Source: Lama glama (taxonomy: Eukaryota). Taken from it: a stretch of DNA of 64,000 bases. Below, piece after piece: positions 50,501-61,860 of this stretch. The translations under genes and the position numbers were made by a program. The stretch's first letter is position 1, and each line of letters starts with the position of its first letter. Where the stretch lies: positions 25,856,001-25,920,000 of the forward strand of contig CM052818.1 of NCBI GenBank assembly GCA_028534125.1, in the 5' to 3' direction. The notes beneath the pieces were generated by a model that saw only the letters and a list, made by a program, of their open reading frames with translations, searched no databases and had not been told where the DNA came from.

Positions 50501-50717
50501 AGGTTAACTGGGGCCAGGCTGCGGAAAGGAAAGGAGAAGTGAGTCTGGCACCTCATAGAAATGCTGATCTCAGACTTCCTGCACTGGAGGGGTGGGGATG
50601 GGAGTGAGGCGGGTGGGGGCCAGGGTTGGGGTGGGCGGACCCTGAGGTAAAAGGCAAACGCATTTCCAAACCTCTGGGTCCTGGCTTGTTGCTATAGCTC
50701 TGATTCTAGAAATTTGC

Positions 50718-50886
50718 AGTGGCATTTGGATACATTCAGTGGTAGGGGCAGGCTTAGGGAGATCTTTTAAAGAAAAAGAATATAAAATTTGATGACAAGA
50801 GTGCCTTCCAGGGCCTTGAAAGAGCCTGGTAAATGTGGGGCGCTCTGAAGCTTATAGTTAGGAGCTTCTCAGTGAAGCCACCTCTG
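50718..50886. mobile_element. Second short Zaphod-family element
   Basis: cttttaaagaaaaagaatataaaattt...cagggccttgaaagagcc...ctctgaagctta...aagccacctctg. Confidence 0.6.
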
Positions 50887-51396
50887 GAACCTGTGTGGTG
50901 TTTGTCCTAAATAGTGCCAGAAGTAAGGTCTGATTTTACGATATCACAGCTCCTTCCCCGGGAAGAAGGTCTTTTCCTGCTAGTTCTTCCGCTGCTGTAA
51001 ACAGCTCTTGGTCCTGTGCCCTCTTTTCTCCATATGCCCTTTCCCTAGGGGACCAACCCCTACCACCACCCATGGTGAGAACTATGGTCAAGCCCCTGCC
51101 CGCCCTTCTGACCATTGGGTGGCTGCAGCCACACTGGCTCTCTGTCTGGTCCTCAGATGCGTCAGGCTCCCTCCCATCAGCACCTTTGTGTCTACTGTTC
51201 CCTCTGCCTGGAACACTCCCCAGAACTTCATTGTCACAGTTAGAACACAGCTCAAGTGCCATCATCTCAGAGAAGCTTACCTTGCTCAACAACCTAAAGA
51301 AACCTCCTAGGCATTCTCTTATCACACTGCTTTGTTTCACTTTCTTCTTAGCACTTTTTAATTTTATTTTTGGGGAGGAGGTAATTAGATCACCCG

Positions 51397-51523
51397 TCCT
51401 TCTTTCCTTTCCTTCCCTTCCCTTCCCTTCCCTTCCCTTCCCTTCCCTTCCCTTTCCTTTCCTTTCCTTTCCTTTTCTTCCTTCCTTCCTTCCCTCCCTC
51501 CTTTCTTTTCCTTTCTTTCTTTT

Positions 51524-51562
<39 letters not shown>

Positions 51563-51617
51563 GTCTTTCTTTCTGTCTTTCTTTCTGTCTTTCTTTCTGT
51601 CTTTCTTTCTGTCTTTT
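51397..51617. repeat. Compound pyrimidine microsatellite (CCCTT)n-(CCTTT)n-(CCTT)n-(CTTT)n-(CTGTCTTTCTTT)n
   Basis: Directly visible in the sequence. Confidence 0.98.
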
Positions 51618-51681
51618 ATAGCTGCTTTATTTCCATTTATCTTAATTCCCCAAACCACCCTATTTTTCCATTTTTAAAAAA

Positions 51682-51800
51682 TTCTTGTTTTTATTGAAGT
51701 GTAGTCAATTTACAATGTTAGTTTCAGGTGTACAGCAAAGCAATTCAGTTATACATACACATATATAAGTATATATAAAGAAAGAAATAAAATATATATT
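51682..51800 (-). mobile_element. Artiodactyl L1 3' end nested in the SINE
   Basis: tttattgaagtgtagtcaatttacaatgttagtttcaggtgtacagcaaagcaattcagttatacata. Confidence 0.9.
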
Positions 51801-52099
51801 TCATTCTTAATGGAGGCACTGGGGATTGAACCCAGGACCTCATGCATGCTGGGCAGGCACTCTACCACTGAGCTACACCCTGCCACCATAGCACTTTTTT
51901 ACTAGCTGAAGCCATCTTATTTTTTGTTTGCCTTTTTACTGTGTCTTCTCCCACTACATAAGCTGCCTGCGAGCGGGGACCTTGCTTGTTCTTGCCCCCT
52001 GCGCTATATCCTCAGCACCTGGAGTGGTTCATGTAGACACTCATTTTAAAAAGAATCCAACAGAGTTTACTGAGAGCATTTTTACATAATTATAATACT

Positions 52100-52310
52100 T
52101 CGCTTTTGTATAGCATTTTCTAGTTTCCAAAAAAGATTTTACGTACATAATCTCACTTCTACCTCAAAAACAACCCAATGAGATAAGAAGGAGAGGGATT
52201 GTTACGGCCCCAAATAAAAGATGAGGAAATTGAAATTCAGAGAGGTGAGATGACTCGTCCACAGTGTTCTAGCTATTCAGTGATAGCACCAGGTCTTCTT
52301 CCATCAAAAC
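52100..52310 (-). mobile_element. MIR SINE
   Basis: aacaacccaatgagataag...agatgaggaaattgaaattcagagaggtgagatgactcgtcc. Confidence 0.75.
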
Positions 52311-52944
52311 CAATTCTCTTTCCACGTTCTGACTCATATTCTTAAGGCCTGTTACTCCTCCAGGCTCCTCAGAGCAAAAGAATCTGTCCATGTACAGAAT
52401 GAGAGAGCATGTCTCCACGTTCCTCTGAGGGGAAGGAAAAAAGTACTTGGCTTCCACGTAAAGGTTTATGGCAGACAGCCCAGTCTTCACCTGTGGGTAC
52501 AGCAGAGCATCAGCCCAGTTATTACGTAGTGATAATGATTAAGTTTGGACAATAACAACAGATTCCCTGGGTGCAGTAGAATTTTGCTACCCATCATGAA
52601 AATGGTGAGGGACTTGCATTTTCATTTTAATATAATTACCAAAAGCGTCGACTGCTGGACAGTTTCACATATTTCCCCCTTAAAGGTAAATCTATGAGGT
52701 GGTGAATGAAGAATGGAAGCCAACCTTGCTGTTTTTTAAAACAGAAGCAGTGGAAGTAATGTTTTTCTGAGATTGTCTGGAGAATCAGTGACAGAATAGG
52801 GAGTTCAGAAACCTGAAATTCCTGATCCTAGTCAAAGACTGATGAAAGTCAATTTGTACGACCCTTCTGGGCTTTAATTCTCCATTGACAGAAATCTTCA
52901 GGAAATATTGACGTATTTGTGATACTTGATGTGACCCTTGTAGG

Positions 52945-53632
52945 GTTTTTTAGGTGACAAATTACATAGAAAGATGTGTAAATCATATAGAGCTCGATGA
53001 CTTTGTACAAAAGGAGCACAGCTCCCAGATCTAGAAGTCGATCATTACCAGCACCCCCGAATCCTCCTCTTACCTCTCATCTCAATAACTAGTCTTCTCA
53101 AATGAAGGTAAACACTATCCTGAGCTCCCACAATAGGTGAGTTTTATCTGCTTTTTGAAACAAATTTAATCATAGCGTATGTAGTCATCTTTTTTGGACT
53201 GCCTTCTTTTGTTCCACATTATGTTGGTGAGATTCATTCATATTGTTGTGCATAGTTGTAGGTTTTTTTCACTGCTATATAATAATTTATTGCCTAAATA
53301 TGTTACATATCTATTCTCCTACTGATGGTCATTTGGGTTGTTTCCAGTTTGAGGCTATTATAAACAGTGCTGCAGTGACCAATCTTACACATGTCTTTTG
53401 GTGAAAATATATATAGTTTTCAGTTTGTGTGAATCCAGGAGTAAAATTGCTGGATCATAGGATATACTTCTATTCATAGATACAGCCAAAGAGTTTTCCC
53501 AAGTGATTTTACCAATTTGTTCTCCCATCACTGGTGTATGAGAGGTCTAAATACTCACCTTCTTCTTAACACTTGGCATTATCTATCTTCTCATTCTAGC
53601 TCTGCTGGAATGTGACCCATGATGGATTTTAA
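52945..53632 (-). mobile_element. L1ME/MD 3' region
   Basis: gagattcattcatattgttgtgcatag...ctgatggtcatttgggttgtttccagtttgaggctattataaacagtgctgc...aattgctggatcatagg. Confidence 0.9.
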
Positions 53633-55439
53633 TATATTTAAACTATAATTGATTTAGTTATAATTTAGTAAGTATATTTGTGAGATGGTACCTAAGGAAC
53701 CTGAGATTAGGTAGACATTGGATCATTTTTTAAAAACTGGGGTAGAGCTGGTTTACTACTTCAGGTCAGTTTTAACGCTCAGTCATATTCTTGTCCTGTG
53801 TGTTTCTCTGATTCCTTCATATGTACAGGTGCAGCCCACCTGACAAGAAGGCAGACTTCTGGGGGTCAAGGGCTCCTTTCGTAGTTGTCAGAGCCCTCAG
53901 CACAGCGCTGGGCACAGAGGAGGTGCCCAGTAACTCCTGACTGAATTGAGCTGAACTAAATGATGGAGGCAAACCCACCAACGTCCCTATTCATGGTTTC
54001 CTGCCTGATCACTCCACTTCCAGGCACCTCCTAGGATGATAAAAGGACCAGGAGTGAGGAATTCTAGAAAATGTCCAATTCCTTCATGTTCCTTTAGAGC
54101 CTACATTCCAAGTGCTAAAACATTTTAGGTAGAATGAGCCCCTCTATTTTCAAAAGGATTTTCCTGGGGCACAAACCTGAGCCGACAGAAGGACTGTCTC
54201 ACCCGGGCTGTCAGGAGAGAGTATTGTTTGTGTCCTTCCATGCTTGAAGAGGTGCTTTGGACTCAAAATGTCTGATCTTATTACACGACCCTGATTTCCC
54301 TATGGCTGCATCCAGTTCGACAGACATCTCTCCAAAGGCCACAGTAATCTCTAGGATACTTAGTTCCCTTTTTTGCTTATTTTTTTTTTATCTGTCCCAA
54401 TTTTTAAGAACTATTTCTGAAATCTCATCAGCTAAAGGATCTGTGCTCGGTTGATTGCCCATTTCAACACGCAGCTTTGTGTCATGCTCTGCACATCTTT
54501 GTTCATATTGGATATTGGCTGTTTCTGGATGGAGATCCTGAGATGTTAAGTTCATTCATTTTAACAGTTCTGTAGTAGTTTGGAATTAGGCACTTATTGA
54601 AAACAATTGGTGGAAATATCCACCACCACCCACCCCCTCTTTCTTTCAGTTTTAGACTCTGACATTTAGCAAGGAAGATGGGTTTTAAAGGGCATGGTCA
54701 TGAGAGGGGCGTTAAAGGAAGAAAATGTGGACCTTGAAAAGCATGTATAGAGTACTGATGAAACTAAGCCAGTTTCCAGACTCCATATGGGCCTCCTGCT
54801 GTCAGGTAAGTCAAGGTAGAGAGTGTGTGTGTCTGTGTGTGTAGGAGTGGGGTGGAAGAAATGGGAAACCCTGAGAAGAAAATTGTGGTAAGATCCCCAA
54901 AGCATATCAGGTTGTAATTGTGCACAGTCACTCATGGGACCCGGCTTGTTCTGCTGTCTGAAATCACCATCAGCAGGTAATCAGATCTAGTGCTCTGGGG
55001 CCTCCCCTAACACAGTGATGGTTGTAGGCCAGACCAAAAAACAATGGGCTGTTTGAGTCTTTCCTAACAGGGCTGGCCAGCTGCCCAAGATTTGTGGGGA
55101 GAGGGAGGAGGGCTGTGAGTTTCAGAATGGTTTTCCTCTGAGGATGGGTCTTATGTCTCAGATCTCCTGATAGGAGGCCACATGTTACATACATGTTTCT
55201 CCCTTCATGTATGTATTTTCTTTTCAGTCTCAGATTCAACTGGCTGTGACGCTTGGGTTTATTAAATTCAGGTCCATTAGGATACTCCATGGGTATATTT
55301 GATTAGGTGCTGTCAGTGCAAATGCTTGGGGTGGATCAAGCAGGCAGCATGAATATGAAATGGGGTTTATGGCAAGCTGGAGAGTCTGTTTCTCTTTGAA
55401 AAGAGGGTACAGTCAGACAATGGTCACTATGGAGGTAGG

Positions 55440-55640
55440 CCGGCCCAGGTGATCAGATCTTCTTATTTTTCAAGAAAAGCCAGAAATCCAGATTCTTCTT
55501 TAAAAATGTGTGTAATTTGCTGATTTTTCAATGTTTGATATTAATTCAAAATTTAAAACAAAATCACTTTGCAGGCCAACTCTGAGGATCAAACAAAACA
55601 AATCTGTAGGTCTCATTCAGCTTCCAAGCCTGAGTCTCTA
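55440..55640. mobile_element. MER102-like hAT-Charlie element
   Basis: cagatcttcttatttttcaagaaaagccagaaatccagatt...gcaggccaa...caaacaaaacaaatctg. Confidence 0.7.
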
Positions 55641-55708
55641 GGTTAAATTGATTTTCTGGTGGGAAAAACCCAACTTATTTAAGTCACTTCAAGTCATAGA
55701 GGACTAGA

Positions 55709-56220
55709 TAGATGGTCTCCTACTGGTGATGGTTCAACTTTATGATTTTTCAGCTTTACGATGGTGTGAAAGTAGTACGCATTCAGGAGAAATTGTACTT
55801 CAGATTTTGAATTTTGATCTTTTCCCTGGGCTAGTGACGTGCAGTACGGTACTCTCTCGTGATGCTGGGCAGAGGCAGTGAGCTCGGCTCCCAGTCATCC
55901 GCTCCACCACGAGCGGAAACAACCAACACACTTAAAACACTTCTGTTCCCATACAACCATTCTGTTTTTCACTTCCACTATTCAATGAATTATATGACGT
56001 AGTCAACACTTTATTATAAAATAAGCTTTGTGTTGGATGATTCTACCCAACTGTAGGTTAATGTAAGTGTTCTGAACACATTTAAGGTAGGCTAGGCTAA
56101 ATGATAATATTAGGTAAGTTAGGTGTATTAAATGCTTTTACCACTTATGACACTTTCACCTTAAGTTAGGTTTATGGGTTTATGATGGATTTATCCCATC
56201 ATAAAGTGGAGGAAGATCCA
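55709..56220 (-). mobile_element. Tigger5/MER47 (TcMar-Tigger) DNA transposon
   Basis: ctttacgatggtgtgaaag...catacaaccattctgtttttcactt...caactgtaggttaatgtaagtgttctgaacacatttaaggtaggctaggctaa; TA follows the right end. Confidence 0.9.
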
Positions 56221-56669
56221 TATGATAAGGAGATGTGTGACAATAAGGTAAACAGGATTTTCAACCATGCAACCAGCCTCATAGAAAGCCATCAACTCTA
56301 CAAACATGCCAGGTCAAGGGCTGAATAGGAGCACACCTGATTGGTACTTACTGAGAGTTGGTAAGTTCTTTATCACCATTGATCGGGTAACTTATGCGTC
56401 TCAGTTGGTGGCAGGTTTCAATATAAGCTGCCTATGACTCACATTAATTTCTCTGATCATTGTAGATTTATTGACTGGGTCTCAGGGCTTCCAGGCTGCT
56501 CCTAGCCTGTTGTAGAAGGGCCTTCATTACTTTGGTTATGCACAAATTTGGGGAATGTGAGGGTAAGTTTATTTTCCTTGTGGCAAGTGGATCCCTGGAC
56601 GGAAGAGGAGGAGCTGGTAGGTCAGGGTGCATTGGGAAGTCATGCTCCATGTTCTGATCTATGACAGAC

Positions 56670-57020
56670 ACCATCAGCTGCTCCTCCACTGACCATTCCT
56701 CCCTTCATCCTTGCTAACAATATCTCAACTTTGTTCAGGTATCTGGCAGCTTACGTGCTGCAGGAGAGCTGGTACCAGCCCAGCGCAGGGTGGATCTTAC
56801 TTACATCACATCAAGTAAGTCCATTTTCCTTGTCAGAGATTAGCTTGGAAATCAGCATGGGTAGCAGCTCTGAGCAATGTGACTGAGAGAAAGTCTAAGG
56901 GAAATTTTTGTCCTGGATTTAAATCCCCCACACTCACTGAACTGCAGATAATCGAAATTATCAAAGATCTATGAGCCTGGGAAGTTGCCTTTTGACTGTG
57001 ATCACCAGTTGCAAGCCCAG
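56670..57020 (+). mobile_element. MLT1J/K-type MaLR LTR fragment
   Basis: cattcctcccttcatccttgctaaca...tttgttcagg...ttccttgtcagagattagcttgg. Confidence 0.6.
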
Positions 57021-59419
57021 AGCTGGATGCCCTGAGGCTCAGTCTGCCAGATGCCCAGCTCACTGTAGATCCTGCGCTCATCTCCAGGTTTTCCTCGGCA
57101 GCATCTCCCAAGTCTCTGTATTTATATATTTGCTGCGTGTTGTCCTTTATATTTCCCTCCACCTTTGTTGCCTAAATCTACCGTTATCCTCCTGCCTCCC
57201 AAGAGAGAACACCTGGCCAAATTGCTTTGGTGGTTGTTGGAGAGGATGGACCAGAAACCAAGATCTTCTAATTCTTCATGTCCTTGCTTGTGGGGCTTGG
57301 GAACACCAACATTTAGTGGGCACATGCTGAGTCCCCAGACTCATGTGGGACTTCAATGTATCACATTTATTCTATCTCTCTCTCTCTCTTTTTTTTTCCA
57401 TTCCTGAATTTATGTTACCTAATTTCTCTCTCCTCGCTTTTGATCCACCATGGGCTTTTTCTCACCTTCACAAGTCTGACTTCCTCTTAGCCTCTCTTTC
57501 CCATGCTTAACTGCTCATGGCTAGCTCCTTTATCCCATTGTATCTCTTTTCCTTTCTTTTCACCGGAAGCTTTTTATTTTCCTTCTGCCCTCCCCAGAGC
57601 ATCTGTGTGTGCCCCTGGAATTTCAGGGGTTTCTTTGAGCTCTCCTGACTTAATTTTGGGGACATAGCTGTGCACCAGTCTTCTGCATATACCACTTAAC
57701 CTCCCCACAGAACAGCTACCAGTTCCTCAGATCGCAAATAAGCATAAGGAAAGATGTTAAAAACCACTCTGTAATCATTTTCCTTATTAAAGTATTAGGC
57801 TGAAAGCTTTTGCATCCTTTTATACAACTGCAACTTTTATCATGGGAAATAATGTGCTTACCTTGTAAAGAACAAGTACCCTACCTACAGTCATTCCCAT
57901 AGTTTTTCTTCATTGACCTGAATTTAATCCATCCTATCAGTCACCATCAATTAAGGATGAAATAAAAGAAAACCTGAATGTTTGTGAGGAGAGAGTCCCA
58001 GCCACAGGATCCAGGGTGCTGTTGGCCATGACCTTCAGATTGAAATATGTCCATGATCTAAAAATTTTAAATGCTGTTTTCTGAATGGAGGTGCACATTT
58101 TTTTGGTTCTACGTCTGTAAAGTAAGAACAGGAGGAAGATATGCTGAAATTCCTAACTGTGTTTATTTTTCACATCTGTTACAGGGCAATTTTGCTGTGC
58201 AGAGCTGGGGTCAAAATATTTCTCCTTCAAATTCTTTTCAGCTTTGCACCCATCATTATCACTACTGTGCATCGTTTTGTGCCAGGTTGGTCAGACATCC
58301 AGTGCCCTTGGGGGGAGACAGGCAGGGTTAGTTGAAGGGAGGGCCTGAGAGGAGGGCAGTAGAGGAAAGGAACAGTGTCTGTTCCCTGCCTGTCCTCTGG
58401 AAGCTGCTGGAGACCCTTGGTTGGAGGAGTGAGACCAAAATGGAGGAAATGGCTTCATAAGACTTTGAGGCAGCAAGAGGTGAAAGGAAGAAACTGCAAA
58501 GTCTCCATCAGGAGAGACATTAGGAATCTTTAGGCACAAGCAGAACTGCTTAGAACAAAGCGTGGCAGAGCTGGTTGGAGGCTGATCTCACTGCCTTTGT
58601 ATGGAATCTTCTCAGCTGTGGGGCCCAGTGGACCAGAGGCTCTGGGAGCATCAGCAGTCTGCATGCTTGGCACAGATCCTCGCTCTCTCCACGGGTACTG
58701 CCAGCAAGGATATGGCTTTGTCCTCAAGAGCTATGAAGAAAGCAGACGCTGATGGGATGGGATGTTGGAGGAGATGGCAAGGCTGGGCAGAGAAGTACCC
58801 TGAACATGAATTCTTGCCCAAGAAAAAACAAACCAAACAGCCTATAAATGGCAGTGATATGTTTTACCCCCATCCATTTTGTGGAAATGAAAGTCCATAA
58901 AGATTAAATGCATTTTCAAGGGTTCTTAGCAGAGAGTCAGAATTGCAATCTGGAGTCCTTGCTGCTCCAGTTTCTGGGTTATCCTTAGCAAGGGTGATTA
59001 TTTCTAAGGATGAATTTCCATGGATTAAAACATGGCTGTGCTGGGAGTGAGCATGCCTTTAAAATGCAACACAGGCTGTTGGAATGGAGTGGAGAATGGG
59101 TATGTGATGGAGGGTGAGGTTGGCCGCTGCCAGCGTGGCCCGGGGTGTTATCCACAGGGTGATTATGGCTGATGTGTAGTTCTTGTCCAGCAACAGGTGA
59201 CCTTCCCCTGAAGCAGTCTGGGCTCTGAATTTGAGAAGCAGACTATACTTACTGCACTGAAGCAACAATCTTATATTCTGAGATCTGCCACTGATGTCAT
59301 GTGGTGACAAGGAAGGGACTTGTAGTAGGGGATAGTCAGGCCAATCCCAAGGAGCTCTTGGTGTCGTACAGTTGGAGTTCATCAAGTTGCTACAGGAAAA
59401 CAGAATTTAGTAGTTCCAA

Positions 59420-59680
59420 GTATAAACTCCTGAGTTCCACTAGTAGGTTCAAAGACTAGTTCCACTCTTTTATAAAAGCTGGGTGTCATTGAGCAAATGA
59501 TTTAATTTCTCTTGGCTTCAGGTTTCTTGGTGTAAAATGGAGATAGTGATAGTACCTCTACTTTGGAGTTATTGTGAAGCTTAACTAAAAGAAAATTAAT
59601 ATAATAAAATATATTATCTTATTATGGTACTATGTATTACCAGACACATATAAATACCTGGTAAATGTTACATGTTTTTT
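59420..59680 (+). mobile_element. MIR SINE
   Basis: gctgggtgtcattgagcaaatgatttaatttctct...gtaaaatggagatagtgatagtacct. Confidence 0.75.
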
Positions 59681-59708
59681 TTTTTTTGCATGCAAGAAAT
59701 GCACTTGA

Positions 59709-59885
59709 TTTTTTTCTTCCAGTTTTATTGAGATGTAATTAACATACAGCAGTGTACAAGTTTAAGGTGTTATGTATAATGATTTGACTTACATCATGCA
59801 ATGATTATCACAGTAAGTTTAGTGAACATCCACCATCTTATATAGATACAGAATGAAAGAAATAGAAAAAAATTTTTTCCTTTTG
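59709..59885 (-). mobile_element. L1 3' end (L1MA9/artiodactyl-type)
   Basis: cagttttattgagatgtaattaacatacagc...aagtttaaggtgt...aatgattatcacagtaagtttagtgaacatcca. Confidence 0.85.
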
Positions 59886-60563
59886 TTGTTATAAGTCTTA
59901 GTAGAGGATTCCAGGAATCTTCCCCTATCACTTTAAAATCTGACTCTAGTATGTTGGGCTCACTGTTTCTACTTCTTCCTAGAGCAATATCTAAAGGAAC
60001 AGGGTTGCAGAGAGAGAGGAAAGTTTACTCAGGTGACCACTTGGCAAGAGAGGGGTCCCGGATACATGGACCTCAGTGCTCTCGTGCAGGGCCTTGCTGG
60101 ATCCACTGTGAGGTAGCTTGGCTGGTCTGGTCCGTATGCATATTGCACTTATCTGAAGAGCTGGAGATGGAGCTGACTGCCCGTGTTTTGTTCTTTGGTG
60201 TGTCCAGAACCCACGACTCTTTTTTGCTGATTCAGGTCACCGTGGTGTGGTACACCTGTCTGGACCTTGCCTACAGCCTCCATCTGATTCCTAGCTTGGG
60301 TTGAACAGTTGGGTCCCAACGATGACCTCTGGTTCCCAACTTAGCTGCCTTCCTAGTCCTCCATGATGTATGTGATGACCTCTAGGCCCCAGCCAAAGGA
60401 TGCTCAGAAGCCGGTAACTAAGGCCTATTTCCACCTAACTCCATGCACCATTGTTCTTCACCTGGTATAACCATTTCTTGAAGGAGAAAGGCCACTCAGT
60501 GGAGTAGTTCTCTCCCTGAGTACTAAATGTGGGAACAGGACGCAGGCCCCCTTGACTTTCTGG

Positions 60564-60708
60564 TTTTTTTTAATTTTGTTTATTTATTTTTAATTTATTG
60601 AAGTATAGTCAGTTACAATGTGTCCATTTCTGGTGTACAGCATAATGTTTCAATCATATATATATTCGTTTTCATATTTTTTTCATTATAGGTTACTACA
60701 AGAGATTG
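60564..60708 (-). mobile_element. Camelid/artiodactyl L1 3' end
   Basis: tttattgaagtatagtcagttacaatgtgtccatttctggtgtacagc...cattataggttactacaaga; overlaps the 8.3-kb copy in sequence. Confidence 0.9.
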
Positions 60709-60709
60709 T

Positions 60710-61436
60710 GGGGAGCAGAGGGAAAACACTGTTTGAAAAGTATGAAGCCAGAAACTAATCTGTGGAAAATTCCTTCAACACTTGATGGGTAAAATTATGA
60801 AAAGAAGACTGTGTCCTTACCAATGATAATTAAAAATGGAATCTGTCTCCTGTTCAGAATCTACTGCAGAATGCAGCATATGCAATTATAAATGCCCCTG
60901 CATTTTCAATTTAAAGAGTATTGAGATTAGTCACTGAAGAGAAAACTTAATATGCCCTGAAATCTCAAGCTCGTACGTGAAAGAGACCTGATAGAGATTT
61001 TGGCCAAAGTTGACAATAATGCTAAAAACATACATACCAACCATAAAATGTTATGAAGCTGAAAGGGACTTTTCTAAGCCATCAATCAACAAAAACCTTA
61101 TTAACTACGTTAGAGGAAAAACTAAATCGTCATTCTATTTTCTCTTCAGAAAATGGACCCAAATTTGTATGATATGAAGACAGCCAATCAAAGACTATGC
61201 AGCCAAAAAAGGCCAGAAGAAAAGTTTTAGAGAGGTATGCCATGAAGGTAATCAATAAAAGTATACTTTTTCTGTACATTTGTGAAATGTTAGCTTTATA
61301 AAATATGTGATTTCTTTCCTCATTCTAAATACATCTTAACTTTCAAATCTAAGTTTGAGTCATAATTTGTTTTCTTAAAGAATTTCCGGAAATTTGTAGA
61401 TGCTTTTAGACCCCACACATCCTGGATCTGCTCCTG
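60710..61436 (+). mobile_element. Zaphod-type hAT-Tip100 transposon relic with decayed transposase C-terminus
   Basis: From 61004 reads PKLTIMLKTYIPTIKCYEAERDFSKPSINKN (hAT dimerization motif, ER.FS); frameshifted continuation LEEKLN...IKDYAAKK; right terminus cctggatctgctcctg. Confidence 0.8.
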
Positions 61437-61749
61437 AGGGAGACACGTGGTCAGTAGTGTAACTGACAGCGGCCACCGGTGGGTATTTGTGCACGTCTAT
61501 GGGAGTGTGACCTGGAAGTGAATGCCGTTTATCATGTGTATCGCTGTCAAACAAGACAAAACAACAAAACACAGAACCGCTGCTCTAGACAGCAGAAGCA
61601 AACAGGTAACTCCACCAGAGCCATAACCACTATCCTCAGTTTAGTGTGTATTATTGCTATGGAGCAATAGCAGTTTGTAATAGTACTTTGTACTTTTACT
61701 GCATGTATATGTTCACACATTGGTATTACCCTAGGTGCACGTGGTCTGG

Positions 61750-61860
61750 GGTCTGGTTATCTACTGCTGTATGACAAATTACCCACCACTTAATGTTAAA
61801 ATAACAATCATATCATTACGTCTTATGATGGCTCACCTTCTTGGAGGGTGATCAGGACAA
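61750..61860 (-). mobile_element. MLT1 LTR fragment
   Basis: gttatctactgctgtatgacaaattaccc...cttaatgttaaaataacaatca. Confidence 0.6.

Larger units (their letters stand above)
51360..51888 (-). mobile_element. vic-1-like SINE carrying a nested insertion
   Basis: tRNA-like head at 51807-51888 (tagctcagtggtagagtg...ggttcaatccccagtgcctcca on the minus strand); tail ctaattacctcctcccc plus A-rich end at 51360-51390; perfect 11-bp TSD tagcacttttt (51349-51359 / 51889-51899). Confidence 0.9.
51100..52050 (+). mobile_element. L2 3' region split by the SINE composite (51360-51888)
   Basis: actgttccctctgcctggaacactcccc...cagctcaagtgccatcatctcagagaagc; resumes ...tatcctcagcacctggagtgg. Confidence 0.75.

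Noticed and set aside
50936..51677. Longest ORFs (240 aa minus, 201 aa plus)
   Set aside because: They are open only because the stop-free microsatellite and an L2 fragment underlie them; the KERK and FLSF repeats are translation artefacts.
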